Shown here in pieces: positions 50,605 through 59,025 of a stretch of 64,000 bases of DNA. The DNA lies in contig OZ219752.1 of assembly GCA_964291315.2 (NCBI GenBank), forward strand, positions 64,001-128,000, given 5' to 3'. Origin of the DNA: Candidatus Poribacteria bacterium (GTDB lineage: Bacteria; Poribacteria; WGA-4E; WGA-3G). How positions within the stretch are numbered: the stretch's first letter is position 1; the number at the start of each line of letters is the position of its first letter. The position numbers and the translations under genes are program-made. The notes under the pieces were generated by a model, which saw only the letters and a program-made list of their open reading frames with translations, did no database searches and was not told the origin of the DNA.

Positions 50605-52848
50605 TTAAAATTCTGCTGTAATCCCTAAATAAGGAATGATCGGTAACTGATTGATGTCAGTCCTTCTTTCACGGCAATCTTGTGGCGTTAAACAATCATC
50701 GGGATAATTGAAATCGAGCAAGTTGGCACGGTTATAGGTGTTCAGGAGTTCGAGGAACGTTCCGAGTTTCCAACTGCCGAATTCGAAAGTTTTACTGATC
50801 CGTAGATCCAATCTATGATAGGGCGGGAGACGGTCTGAATTGGTTTCTGCGTAAATCGGGATAAAGAGACGTAGTCCGTTCCTCGGGTCAGGCTGAGAGG
50901 TTGCTCCCTCGCGAGGCGTATAGGGGTTCCCGGTTCGATACTGCCACTTTGCACCGAATTCTAGGGTTGGCGTGAGGTTGTAACTCCCCGCGAGTGTGGC
51001 AACATGCGTCTGATCAAATGAATAGAGGCGATAAGGTTCCCCCGGGCGGTCGCGACGTTGAGAGATAGCATACGCGTAGGAAACCCAACCAAAAAATCTT
51101 TCACCACTGCGATGCCGTAGAAAAACCTCAGCCCCTTGCGCATAACCGGTGCCTTGATTGAGATAAGCAGCCTCCTCGTCAACAGTCGCTAGATCTCTTA
51201 AGTCTTTGTAATAACCAGCGATTTTGATCTCTGTATCTTGCGAAAGCTGCCGTTTCAGTTCGAGGACATAGTGACTTGCCCTGCTCGACTTCAAATCTGG
51301 GTTTCCTAAGCTCGACGATAGTAACGGTGGTATCGGTGTCTGGTTGTAAATTCCGTAAGCAAATTGAAGCTCGGAGGCGTTAGGAAGTTCCACCAGTACG
51401 CTCCCGCGCGGCTGGACAGAAAGTTGATCGATACGGTTGAAATAATCGAAACGGAGGCCAAACACAACCGATAAGAACGGCAACACTGTATATCTATCCT
51501 GCAGGTAACCTTCAATGCGCTGGCCGAGCACAGATTCGTCTAAAGATACCTTCTCCTCAAATCGGACATCAAAATCGACCTCACCCTCATCGGGTATCCG
51601 GGGAAAAGCGCCAGTTACTCGTCCGGGCTCGAGTCCAAGAATTAATCCTGATTCCAAGCGGTGCATTGCGTTTAGTTCGTATGTAAGATCTCCGCGAAGG
51701 GTATAAACGGGAGCATCAATTTTCAAAGCAAGGGTTGAGCCAACATCGACATCAAACAAGAAATCCGAACGAGTTAAGGATAAAAACGAGGTGAGCCGAT
51801 CTGTGAAACTCGACCGGAGATGGATGCCCGCCCCTTCGAAACCGCTCTCAAAACTGGTATTCCCTCTAAAATCTACGTCTACGTCTTCACCGTCCAGCTT
51901 CAGTGCAAACCGGTCCCCTGAGGCGAAGAGATTAAAGAAGAGTTGATGCCTTTTGTTCAGATCGTATCCGGCCTTGAGTTGGTAATCCCAGAAACGTGGA
52001 AAAGCAGTAATCGCGCCCGCATCAAAAGACAATGATCCAATGAAGAGATCGAGGTAGCTCCTGCGGCCCGCGGCGTACCAGAACCCATTTTTACCGATCT
52101 TACCTTGCAGGAGCCCCTCTGAATAGAGAAGGTTGAGATTAAATTTTCCGCGCAAATCCGCGGGACTATCGCGCTGTGAATAGATGTCAATCACTGCTTG
52201 GGAATCCACCCCATATTCAGCGCCATAGCCCCCGGCGTAGACATCAATTCGATCAATGATTTCGGAACTTAAAGACGAGACGATCCCACCAAAATGGTAA
52301 GGGTAACCGACGGGGACTCTGTCGAAATAGTACAGATTATCCTCATCAGAACCACCGCGGATATAAAGAGCCCCGCTAAAATCGTTTGCAACACCGATCC
52401 CGGGAATAGCTGGAAGGGCGCGGAGTGCATCGCCCCCCGTGCCAGGCAGGCGTGTAATTTCTTGTGCTTGGATGCTCTTCTTGCTGACAGTCTTAGGGGC
52501 ACGCTCCCCGGTTACCTCAACCTCTTCAAGACGGTAATCCGGTGCTCCGAGGTAAATATCCGGCTTCACGGTTTTCCCCGCAACGATCATAACTATGGTC
52601 TGTTGGGTTAATTCAGTCTCAGACTGGATCGTAACCAAGGTGCAGACACCTTCGGGGACAGCATTGAAAACGAACTTTCCATTCTCATCTGTTGTTTGAC
52701 GTTCATCGGTTTGAACAATTCTGACCTCCGCGCCTGCTAACGCTTCTTGTGTGCTGCTATCGTAAACAACCCCTTCAATTGTTCCTGTCTGGGAAAAGAC
52801 AACCCCCGGAACAACAAGGAACATTAGCAGGCACAGAAATATTTTCAT
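50605..52848 (-). CDS. TonB-dependent receptor with N-terminal carboxypeptidase-regulatory-like domain
   Basis: GTIEGVVYD...TDENGKF; plug IRGG..EDN; YHRLDLR; ends in EF. Confidence 0.9.
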   Translation of the reverse strand: MKIFLCLLMFLVVPGVVFSQTGTIEGVVYDSSTQEALAGAEVRIVQTDERQTTDENGKFVFNAVPEGVCTLVTIQSETELTQQTIVMIVAGKTVKPDIYLGAPDYRLEEVEVTGERAPKTVSKKSIQAQEITRLPGTGGDALRALPAIPGIGVANDFSGALYIRGGSDEDNLYYFDRVPVGYPYHFGGIVSSLSSEIIDRIDVYAGGYGAEYGVDSQAVIDIYSQRDSPADLRGKFNLNLLYSEGLLQGKIGKNGFWYAAGRRSYLDLFIGSLSFDAGAITAFPRFWDYQLKAGYDLNKRHQLFFNLFASGDRFALKLDGEDVDVDFRGNTSFESGFEGAGIHLRSSFTDRLTSFLSLTRSDFLFDVDVGSTLALKIDAPVYTLRGDLTYELNAMHRLESGLILGLEPGRVTGAFPRIPDEGEVDFDVRFEEKVSLDESVLGQRIEGYLQDRYTVLPFLSVVFGLRFDYFNRIDQLSVQPRGSVLVELPNASELQFAYGIYNQTPIPPLLSSSLGNPDLKSSRASHYVLELKRQLSQDTEIKIAGYYKDLRDLATVDEEAAYLNQGTGYAQGAEVFLRHRSGERFFGWVSYAYAISQRRDRPGEPYRLYSFDQTHVATLAGSYNLTPTLEFGAKWQYRTGNPYTPREGATSQPDPRNGLRLFIPIYAETNSDRLPPYHRLDLRISKTFEFGSWKLGTFLELLNTYNRANLLDFNYPDDCLTPQDCRERRTDINQLPIIPYLGITAEF

Positions 52849-52951
52849 GACGTTATGTAACCTTTCTTCTGGATATTATAGAAAATAGTGTCTGACGTAC
52901 ACAAACGTTAGCAGCCAGCAAAATGTTTACGCGAAACTAGCGGCTGCTTTT

Positions 52952-53554
52952 CTATGATCGGGTTGGATGAGGGCGAGTAGCCAGCATCGGATGATTTTCT
53001 GAATACCCAAAGAACAACTTATCCATAAACCCATGTTCCTTGTCCAGAGCCATAAGTTCAGACAAGGACAGAAACACAAGTTCAGACCTGCGAGGGTCAG
53101 AGTTCCTGCGTCGGTTGTTCTCATATTTCTTTAGGTGCCCGTGCCTTTCATAATGTCGTAGCATTTCGATATTGATAATAATATAATCAGTAATCCGTCC
53201 ATTCGCATCCACCCAGCCATAGCAGAAGTAATCGGGGGTTGCCACATTTAAGGATGCTTGAAATATCTTCTGCCACTCAACAGGGACCCCGCTTGGACGG
53301 GCATAACGAATGGTGAATTCCCTCTTATATTTGGTGAGTGCAGGTTCTCTATAGCTTGTCTCATCCCGCAGACGAAGGGCAAAATACTTATTCCGCCCTG
53401 TCTTTTCATCTATTCCCCAAGCATCTATGGCGTTATCTTTATCCATCTGCTCAGTTGCGAGTTCCAAGTCTTTGAAACCGCGTTCTTGCAGGATGGGAAA
53501 CCATAGACGCTCTTTCCCTCTTCCGAAATTCGCCAAACTCTGTGATAGTGCCAT
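52952..53554 (-). CDS. hypothetical protein, restriction-endonuclease-like
   Basis: D....ID...ALRLR...EFTIRY.RPSG...EW.K...DYFCYGW pattern; AT-rich flanks. Confidence 0.55.
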   Translation of the reverse strand: MALSQSLANFGRGKERLWFPILQERGFKDLELATEQMDKDNAIDAWGIDEKTGRNKYFALRLRDETSYREPALTKYKREFTIRYARPSGVPVEWQKIFQASLNVATPDYFCYGWVDANGRITDYIIINIEMLRHYERHGHLKKYENNRRRNSDPRRSELVFLSLSELMALDKEHGFMDKLFFGYSENHPMLATRPHPTRS

Positions 53555-53837
53555 TACGATACCCTTAAGTTGTGTTTGTCATCTATTTGGTATTTTGAAA
53601 AATTGTGTGACGTTATGCAATAAATAGTATACATTCTTCTTTTCTAGAATTGCCAAAAGCATTAATAGGACTTACCCAAAATGAACCGAGCACCTCTCTT
53701 TGAACCAGACAGAAGCTTACGCGAAGGGGATTGGTGCTTATCCATCTTTTACTGCGAAAGACCTAATTTTTGGCTGTGGTAGGTTGCTTTGTCAGCTGTA
53801 TGCGGACAGGTTTAGCTCCGGTCTGTCGTTTTGTATT

Positions 53838-54689
53838 CTAACGCGCGACCGCGTCAGCACCGATGTTTTCCTGAATCCACGTGCGGAGCGGCACATCCTT
53901 TTCACCCGGAGACGTGTAACCGTGCCCCCCAGTGCTTTTGCCCAAAAGTTGCTGACGAATTGGATCAGAACGTTCCATCCAGTGGGCTACTGTCATATCG
54001 TCGCGAGGCTGTAACCAGCGGTAGCTATAACCGTAGAATAGTACCTTACGAACGATGTCGGAGGTGTTTCGTCCAGCGGCGTGCCAAAGCCTGCGGTCAA
54101 AAAAGACAGCGGTTCCAGGTTTAGCAAAAACAGGACTTGCATTCTCGGGATCCGCGGTTCTGTCTTCAGGCATCTGGAGGGTATTCCATTTATGGCTGCC
54201 CGGTACCACAGAGAAATTTCCACGTCCGGGAATAGAGGTATCGGTGAGAAAAAAAGCGACCTTCAACGATATGCGCGGACGCGGGTTTCCTTCAAGCTCA
54301 ATGTTCAGTCTGCCACTATCTTGGTGCCAACCGAGACGTTGCACTGTGTCACGTTCCTTGGGCGGAAGCGGAGGCAACACAATCAGGTGTGAATGATAGA
54401 GCTTAATGTTCCATCCCAAAATTCCCCAAACCTTCGGGAAGGTTGTGTGCCAATCGAGCAATTCGATAAAAGCTTCACCTCTGCCCACGAAATCAAGGAG
54501 ATTGAAACGCGCATCGGCTGGGAGGCCCTCTTTACCTAGATGTTCCGCTCCGACCCGATCAACAGCAGCAATCAATCTATCAACCATCTCTTGTGGAATG
54601 GCATTCTCAACTGAAAAGAAACCGTTCTCTTCAAATTGCTGGCTTTCTGATTCAGTCAAACAGTGTTTTAAACATAGCGGGTTCATCAT
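53838..54689 (-). CDS. phytanoyl-CoA dioxygenase (PhyH) family Fe(II)/2OG oxygenase
   Basis: F..NGF, WHQD, VPGSH, G..VFF..RLWH and R motifs. Confidence 0.9.
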   Translation of the reverse strand: MMNPLCLKHCLTESESQQFEENGFFSVENAIPQEMVDRLIAAVDRVGAEHLGKEGLPADARFNLLDFVGRGEAFIELLDWHTTFPKVWGILGWNIKLYHSHLIVLPPLPPKERDTVQRLGWHQDSGRLNIELEGNPRPRISLKVAFFLTDTSIPGRGNFSVVPGSHKWNTLQMPEDRTADPENASPVFAKPGTAVFFDRRLWHAAGRNTSDIVRKVLFYGYSYRWLQPRDDMTVAHWMERSDPIRQQLLGKSTGGHGYTSPGEKDVPLRTWIQENIGADAVAR

Positions 54690-54780
54690 TTTCTCCTTAG
54701 TAGAAGCGACTTAAGTCGCTATGCGTTAATTTGCGAAAAATTTATACGGAATCCAAATTTACGTCAATACCCAAAAATTT

Positions 54781-55860
54781 TTAGTCACAGATCAAGAAAT
54801 TATCAGAGGCCACCTGATTTTCACGCCTCACGGCGCACCATGTTCTCCAAAAATTGATACCAGCACTACAGAGAAAACCGACACCGATAATACTAGCCGT
54901 TACACCCCCTAATACCAACTCAGGTTTCACTGTAAGGCTGTAGACAGCTCCACCTATCAGGACAGTGCCAATGAGTATATCTTTGAAACTGTTCCTCTTT
55001 GTCCGTTTCTGGAGCAACCGCAGATTCGCGAGTTTCTGCCGCTTTACGTAATCAACAAGCGACTCCATAGGTACATGCACTGAATCAACGTGGCCCGGTG
55101 GTGCTTCACGAACGCAGCGAAATCCGATGTTGCCGGCGGCATAGTCTGGCGGAGCGTGTAGACGATTCGCACACCGAAAATAGCGTTTAGCCGTCCCGTC
55201 GCAGGCTTCCAACCACGATCCGCCTCGTATCGTTTTGTGTCTATCCTCTACGCCGCGCCTATTTTTTTCACGCTTTGTGTCGGTATACAATTGATACCAA
55301 TCGGCTGTCCATTCCCAGACATTTCCAACGGCCTCGCCGACCCCGTAAGGACTGACGACGGAAGAACGAACGCCTACAGACGTGAGATGTGATGTCAAAA
55401 TCTGTGAACTTTCTGGCAAGCTTTCTGTAGAGTCAGATTCCTCAGAAGCAAAAATATTGCCCCACGGATACATCCGGCCATCAGGCCCGCGACAGGCTTT
55501 TTCCCATTCCGCCTCTGTCGGCAATCGCTTACCTGCCCATTGCGCATATTTCTGACTATCGTGCCAACTTACATGGACAACCGGAAGGTTGGCATCCTCC
55601 GGCGAAAAGCCCCCATTTTCCCAATGCGATGGCGACGGATGCCCTGTCTCTTGCACAAAAACAGCATATTCAGCATTTGTTACCGGATATCGTCCAATCA
55701 GATATGCCTTAAGAAAGCGGACGTGCATCGGGGCCTCATCAAGTTTTGCATGCACCGAATTCGCTAAGGCGGTACCGTAAAAAGGCTCTATATCGGTACC
55801 CATGATAAACGCCCCGGATGGAACAAGCACCATCTCTGTAGATTTTTGCTCGTGAGTCAT
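54781..55860 (-). CDS. FGE-sulfatase domain protein with C-terminal TM helices
   Basis: MVLVPSGAFIMG, PVTNAEY, RLPTEAEWEKACRG, GNVWEW, RGGSW and GFRC motifs; two C-terminal TM. Confidence 0.88.
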   Translation of the reverse strand: MTHEQKSTEMVLVPSGAFIMGTDIEPFYGTALANSVHAKLDEAPMHVRFLKAYLIGRYPVTNAEYAVFVQETGHPSPSHWENGGFSPEDANLPVVHVSWHDSQKYAQWAGKRLPTEAEWEKACRGPDGRMYPWGNIFASEESDSTESLPESSQILTSHLTSVGVRSSVVSPYGVGEAVGNVWEWTADWYQLYTDTKREKNRRGVEDRHKTIRGGSWLEACDGTAKRYFRCANRLHAPPDYAAGNIGFRCVREAPPGHVDSVHVPMESLVDYVKRQKLANLRLLQKRTKRNSFKDILIGTVLIGGAVYSLTVKPELVLGGVTASIIGVGFLCSAGINFWRTWCAVRRENQVASDNFLICD

Positions 55861-55905
55861 TGCGCTGCTCTATATTAAATTTTTGGGAGCTGGTGCGGTA
55901 CACGC

Positions 55906-55983
55906 TCTTTTGAATAGCAAGTTTTCAGCTTGCAAGCTACGCTGTCTTTTGAATAGCAAGTTTTCAGCTTGCAAGCTACGCTG
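55906..55983. repeat. perfect 39-bp tandem duplication containing a GTAG REP-like hairpin
   Basis: tcttttgaatagcaagttttcagcttgcaagctacgctg at 55906 and 55945; the second copy includes the stop of the lipoate-ligase gene. Confidence 0.9.
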
Positions 55984-56788
55984 AAAAATTCCACCCCACT
56001 GTGGCATACTTGGTTTTGGCCAAGGTTTCTGCTTGTGCGCGTTCTACTGATGACAATTCACCTGAATGAAACGCAACGCCGATGCTGAATGTTTCAGATA
56101 TTGCCCCAATGAGCGAGCTTTTAGATACAAAACGTCCACTTGTGTTGATAGCGGTCGATCTCTCAAGCAGTCTCTTCTGAATTTCCGGGTCTTTTGAAAC
56201 ATGAGTAAGGGTGAACGCAGGCGGCATATCTAACGAAATATAACCTTGAAACAGGATCCCATGCCGATTACGCCTGACAGAAACCCCCGCTAACTTTCTA
56301 CCATCACACATAACGTCGTAGTCAGCTGGATTTGTCAGACAAATATTAGCCCCTCTCTTGTAAGTAGGATTTGCAACTGCATCAGCAGTCTTAGAACCCA
56401 CAGCATGGCACTCCACTGGAACGTCGAGGGTTTTAAACGCTTTAACAAGACTCAACCCAATGCACCGATACGCTTCAGAGACACTTTTTTCACCGGCATA
56501 GCGCGGAAGGACAAGCGTATAGGTTAAATCCCATCCGTGCACGACAGTTCCTCCGCCTGTCATCCGTTTCACCAATTCGATGCCGCTGGCCCGGCACGCC
56601 TCTACATCAATCTCTGAAGCAATATCTTGGAAATATCCGAAACTGAACGCCGCGGATGACCATGTATAAAATCGCAACGTCGGATTTGGCTCGTCCTTTT
56701 GTGAAAGCAGAACCGCCTCATCTACTGCCATATTCATCGCTGCACGGTTTGCCGGCATATTCAATAGTCGTCCAATGGGCTGGATCAT
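55976..56788 (-). CDS. lipoate-protein ligase A / LipM-like octanoyltransferase (BPL_LplA_LipB family)
   Basis: NMAVDEA, PTLRFY.W, S.GYFQ, KRMTGGGTV.H and RKLAG motifs; ATGA overlap with the upstream gene. Confidence 0.85.
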   Translation of the reverse strand: MIQPIGRLLNMPANRAAMNMAVDEAVLLSQKDEPNPTLRFYTWSSAAFSFGYFQDIASEIDVEACRASGIELVKRMTGGGTVVHGWDLTYTLVLPRYAGEKSVSEAYRCIGLSLVKAFKTLDVPVECHAVGSKTADAVANPTYKRGANICLTNPADYDVMCDGRKLAGVSVRRNRHGILFQGYISLDMPPAFTLTHVSKDPEIQKRLLERSTAINTSGRFVSKSSLIGAISETFSIGVAFHSGELSSVERAQAETLAKTKYATVGWNFSA

Positions 56789-57417
56789 AATAACGCTACG
56801 CGGCACACCGCTGTAGTGTGGGCATCGCAGTACCAGAAATACCCATTCCAATAGGTCATCCCGTGCGGCTCAGGATGCGGCTCCGGGATCTCAATTTTGT
56901 TCAGATGACTGCCGTCCACTGGATTGAGATGGAAAATTGCGCGATGGTTCGTCTCGACACACCAGAGGTCATCGCCAACCCACGCAATACCGTGGGGACG
57001 ATCCCCTGGAGCCGGGAACGCATGAATCACCTTGAACCCCTCTTCAACAGCCACTTGATAGATAGTGGCAGACGGCGGCACCGCCATCCAGAGCGTATCG
57101 CCCTGCCATTCTAAACCGTGCGCCCCTGTCTGTCCAGCACCGGGCGTGTCGTAAGAGGCAAGCGTTTCACCCGTCTGCGGATCGATCGAAAGGATCTCAC
57201 AACTATAGGTAGACGCAAGCCAGAGCGCATCGCCTGTATCTGTGATACCGCTGCCTCTGTCGGAGCCAGTGACGAGCGCTTTTTTTATATCACCGTCGTA
57301 GGAGACGAGATGTACCTCATTGGTCTGCTGATCGAGAATCCAGAGCCCTTCTTCTGTCGCTTGCATTCCATTAGGTTGCGGCCCCGGAGAATCAAAAACT
57401 TTCTCAATTGTCGGCAT
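56785..57417 (-). CDS. beta-propeller protein (glutaminyl cyclase / Vgb-like)
   Basis: Five repeats of PG..P.G[LIM].W.G..LW. Confidence 0.7.
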   Translation of the reverse strand: MPTIEKVFDSPGPQPNGMQATEEGLWILDQQTNEVHLVSYDGDIKKALVTGSDRGSGITDTGDALWLASTYSCEILSIDPQTGETLASYDTPGAGQTGAHGLEWQGDTLWMAVPPSATIYQVAVEEGFKVIHAFPAPGDRPHGIAWVGDDLWCVETNHRAIFHLNPVDGSHLNKIEIPEPHPEPHGMTYWNGYFWYCDAHTTAVCRVALL

Positions 57418-57515
57418 AAGAGACCTCCGTTAAAAGTCGACTAACGTTTTCGCTTTAGATAACCAGAATAAAATCAAGGAAACCTCGTCGAATAAATAAA
57501 GCTCATGATGTGGAG

Positions 57516-57544
57516 ACTCTAACATAAAATATTTCCCGTGTCAA
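57516..57544 (-). promoter_or_regulatory. sigma70 promoter of the propeller/lipoate-ligase operon
   Basis: TTGACA-17 bp-TAGAGT on the minus strand. Confidence 0.55.
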
Positions 57545-57563
57545 CGCAAAATGCATATTTGAT

Positions 57564-57592
57564 TTGCCTTAACTGTAAATTCATGCTATACT
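57564..57592 (+). promoter_or_regulatory. sigma70 promoter of the LamG gene, ~180-nt leader
   Basis: TTGCCT-17 bp-TATACT with TG extended -10. Confidence 0.6.
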
Positions 57593-57778
57593 TATAATAA
57601 CAGCAAATAAGTCGTACGGGATCTGTCTTCATAGGGCATTCTTGTTGGCTCAGCCAGCATCGAGGAGTTTATGGCATGGATCTGGCAAGAATCCTTTTGT
57701 TCTGCTGCGGAGATATGACAATTGTTTCAGAAAATTACAATTCACTTAAAACTACCCTGAAGGAGAAAATTTATTAAA

Positions 57779-58543
57779 ATGTATAGAATATTACCCACGC
57801 TTTGTGTACTTGCAGGGTTGTTGTTTATGCCTTTCGGTGCCACAGCGTTAAACCTTAAAGATAAGGAGTTACTACTCTATTTTTCCTTAAACGAAGGCAA
57901 AGGTGATGCAATAGAGGATATGTCGCCTACCGGAAACAAAGGCGAACTCGTAGGAGACGCGGATTGGGTTGATGGTAAATTCGGGAAAGCATTAGAGTTC
58001 ACCGAAGCAGGAGAAGTAAAAGTACCATATATCGAACTCAACGAAAAAAGCTTTACTGTGACGATGTGGGTCAAGCCGGCGCTAAGTGGAGGAGATCAAC
58101 AGTGCGTTTTCTCACAGACACAGGTCAACGCCCAAAATACGAGCTTGCATTATCGTATCTACAACAATGGCACCGTTCGCATGGGCTTCTATTCCAACGA
58201 TCTTGATGCCCCTTCTGCCGTTAAAGCAGACAAGTGGGCACATATCTGTTTCTGGTTGGATGTAAAAGGTAAATCACGACAGATTTATATCGATGGGGAA
58301 TCAGTCGCTGAAGATGCCGGCAAAGCTGGAATTGAATACCTCGGAGCGTCAGGAGATACAATGGTCGGCTCATGGGGCGCGACTGGTCAGAAGTTCAACG
58401 GTATCATCGACGAGGTCATGGTCTGGGATCGAGCGTTGTCGGAAGATGATATTAAGCGGAGCATGGAAGACCTGGCCACTGCACCTGTCGATCCTGCTGA
58501 TAAGCTTGCAACTACTTGGGCAACTGTTAAAGCACAACATTAG
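57779..58543 (+). CDS. secreted LamG / concanavalin A-like domain protein
   Basis: Signal peptide; WVDGKFGKAL, FTVTMWVK, WAHI and FNGIIDEV.VWDRALSEDDI motifs; C-terminal KLATTWATVK. Confidence 0.88.
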   Translation: MYRILPTLCVLAGLLFMPFGATALNLKDKELLLYFSLNEGKGDAIEDMSPTGNKGELVGDADWVDGKFGKALEFTEAGEVKVPYIELNEKSFTVTMWVKPALSGGDQQCVFSQTQVNAQNTSLHYRIYNNGTVRMGFYSNDLDAPSAVKADKWAHICFWLDVKGKSRQIYIDGESVAEDAGKAGIEYLGASGDTMVGSWGATGQKFNGIIDEVMVWDRALSEDDIKRSMEDLATAPVDPADKLATTWATVKAQH

Positions 58544-58619
58544 TGCTCTGTTACATCTCGTGGAGCATCAACTCCTCCACCCGTTGCCAGAATCATTGGG
58601 AATTACTTTACTCTGCATC

Positions 58620-58643
58620 GGCGAGGTGGCAAACCTCGCCTAC
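58620..58643 (-). repeat. GTAG-type REP-like palindrome
   Basis: Minus strand GTAG-GCGAGGT-ttgcc-ACCTCGC. Confidence 0.6.
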
Positions 58644-58857
58644 CAACTTTGAGAAGGGAACCCGAAATACCTGGGTTTGCCCCAAACCGATACCGAAATA
58701 GGACACCTGAGGACTTGTTCAGAAAACCTCTAAAGAATTTAAAAACCTCACGTCTATAGCCAGCCTGATTCACCGCTAGCGTCTCTATTGTGTATCAGGC
58801 GAACGGCCTGTCGATTGTCTAAACCTAGTCATACGCTGCATACTCCCTAAAGGACTT

Positions 58858-58881
58858 GTAGCAGAGACTGTCAGTCTGTGC
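58858..58881 (+). repeat. GTAG-type REP-like palindrome, same family as 771-868
   Basis: gtagcagagactgtcagtctgtgc; its reverse complement resembles gcatagtctaacaggctgtgctac. Confidence 0.6.
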
Positions 58882-59025
58882 ATCCTCAACGCGCCCAACA
58901 CAACCTGTTCGGTTCTTCAAGAGTTCTCTTCATTCAAAGAGGAACCCCATACGTATTAAGATTGCGCTATTAATTGAAAAAGAAACGCTAAATTACAGCA
59001 ACCCTCTATTTTTTAAGGATACCCA

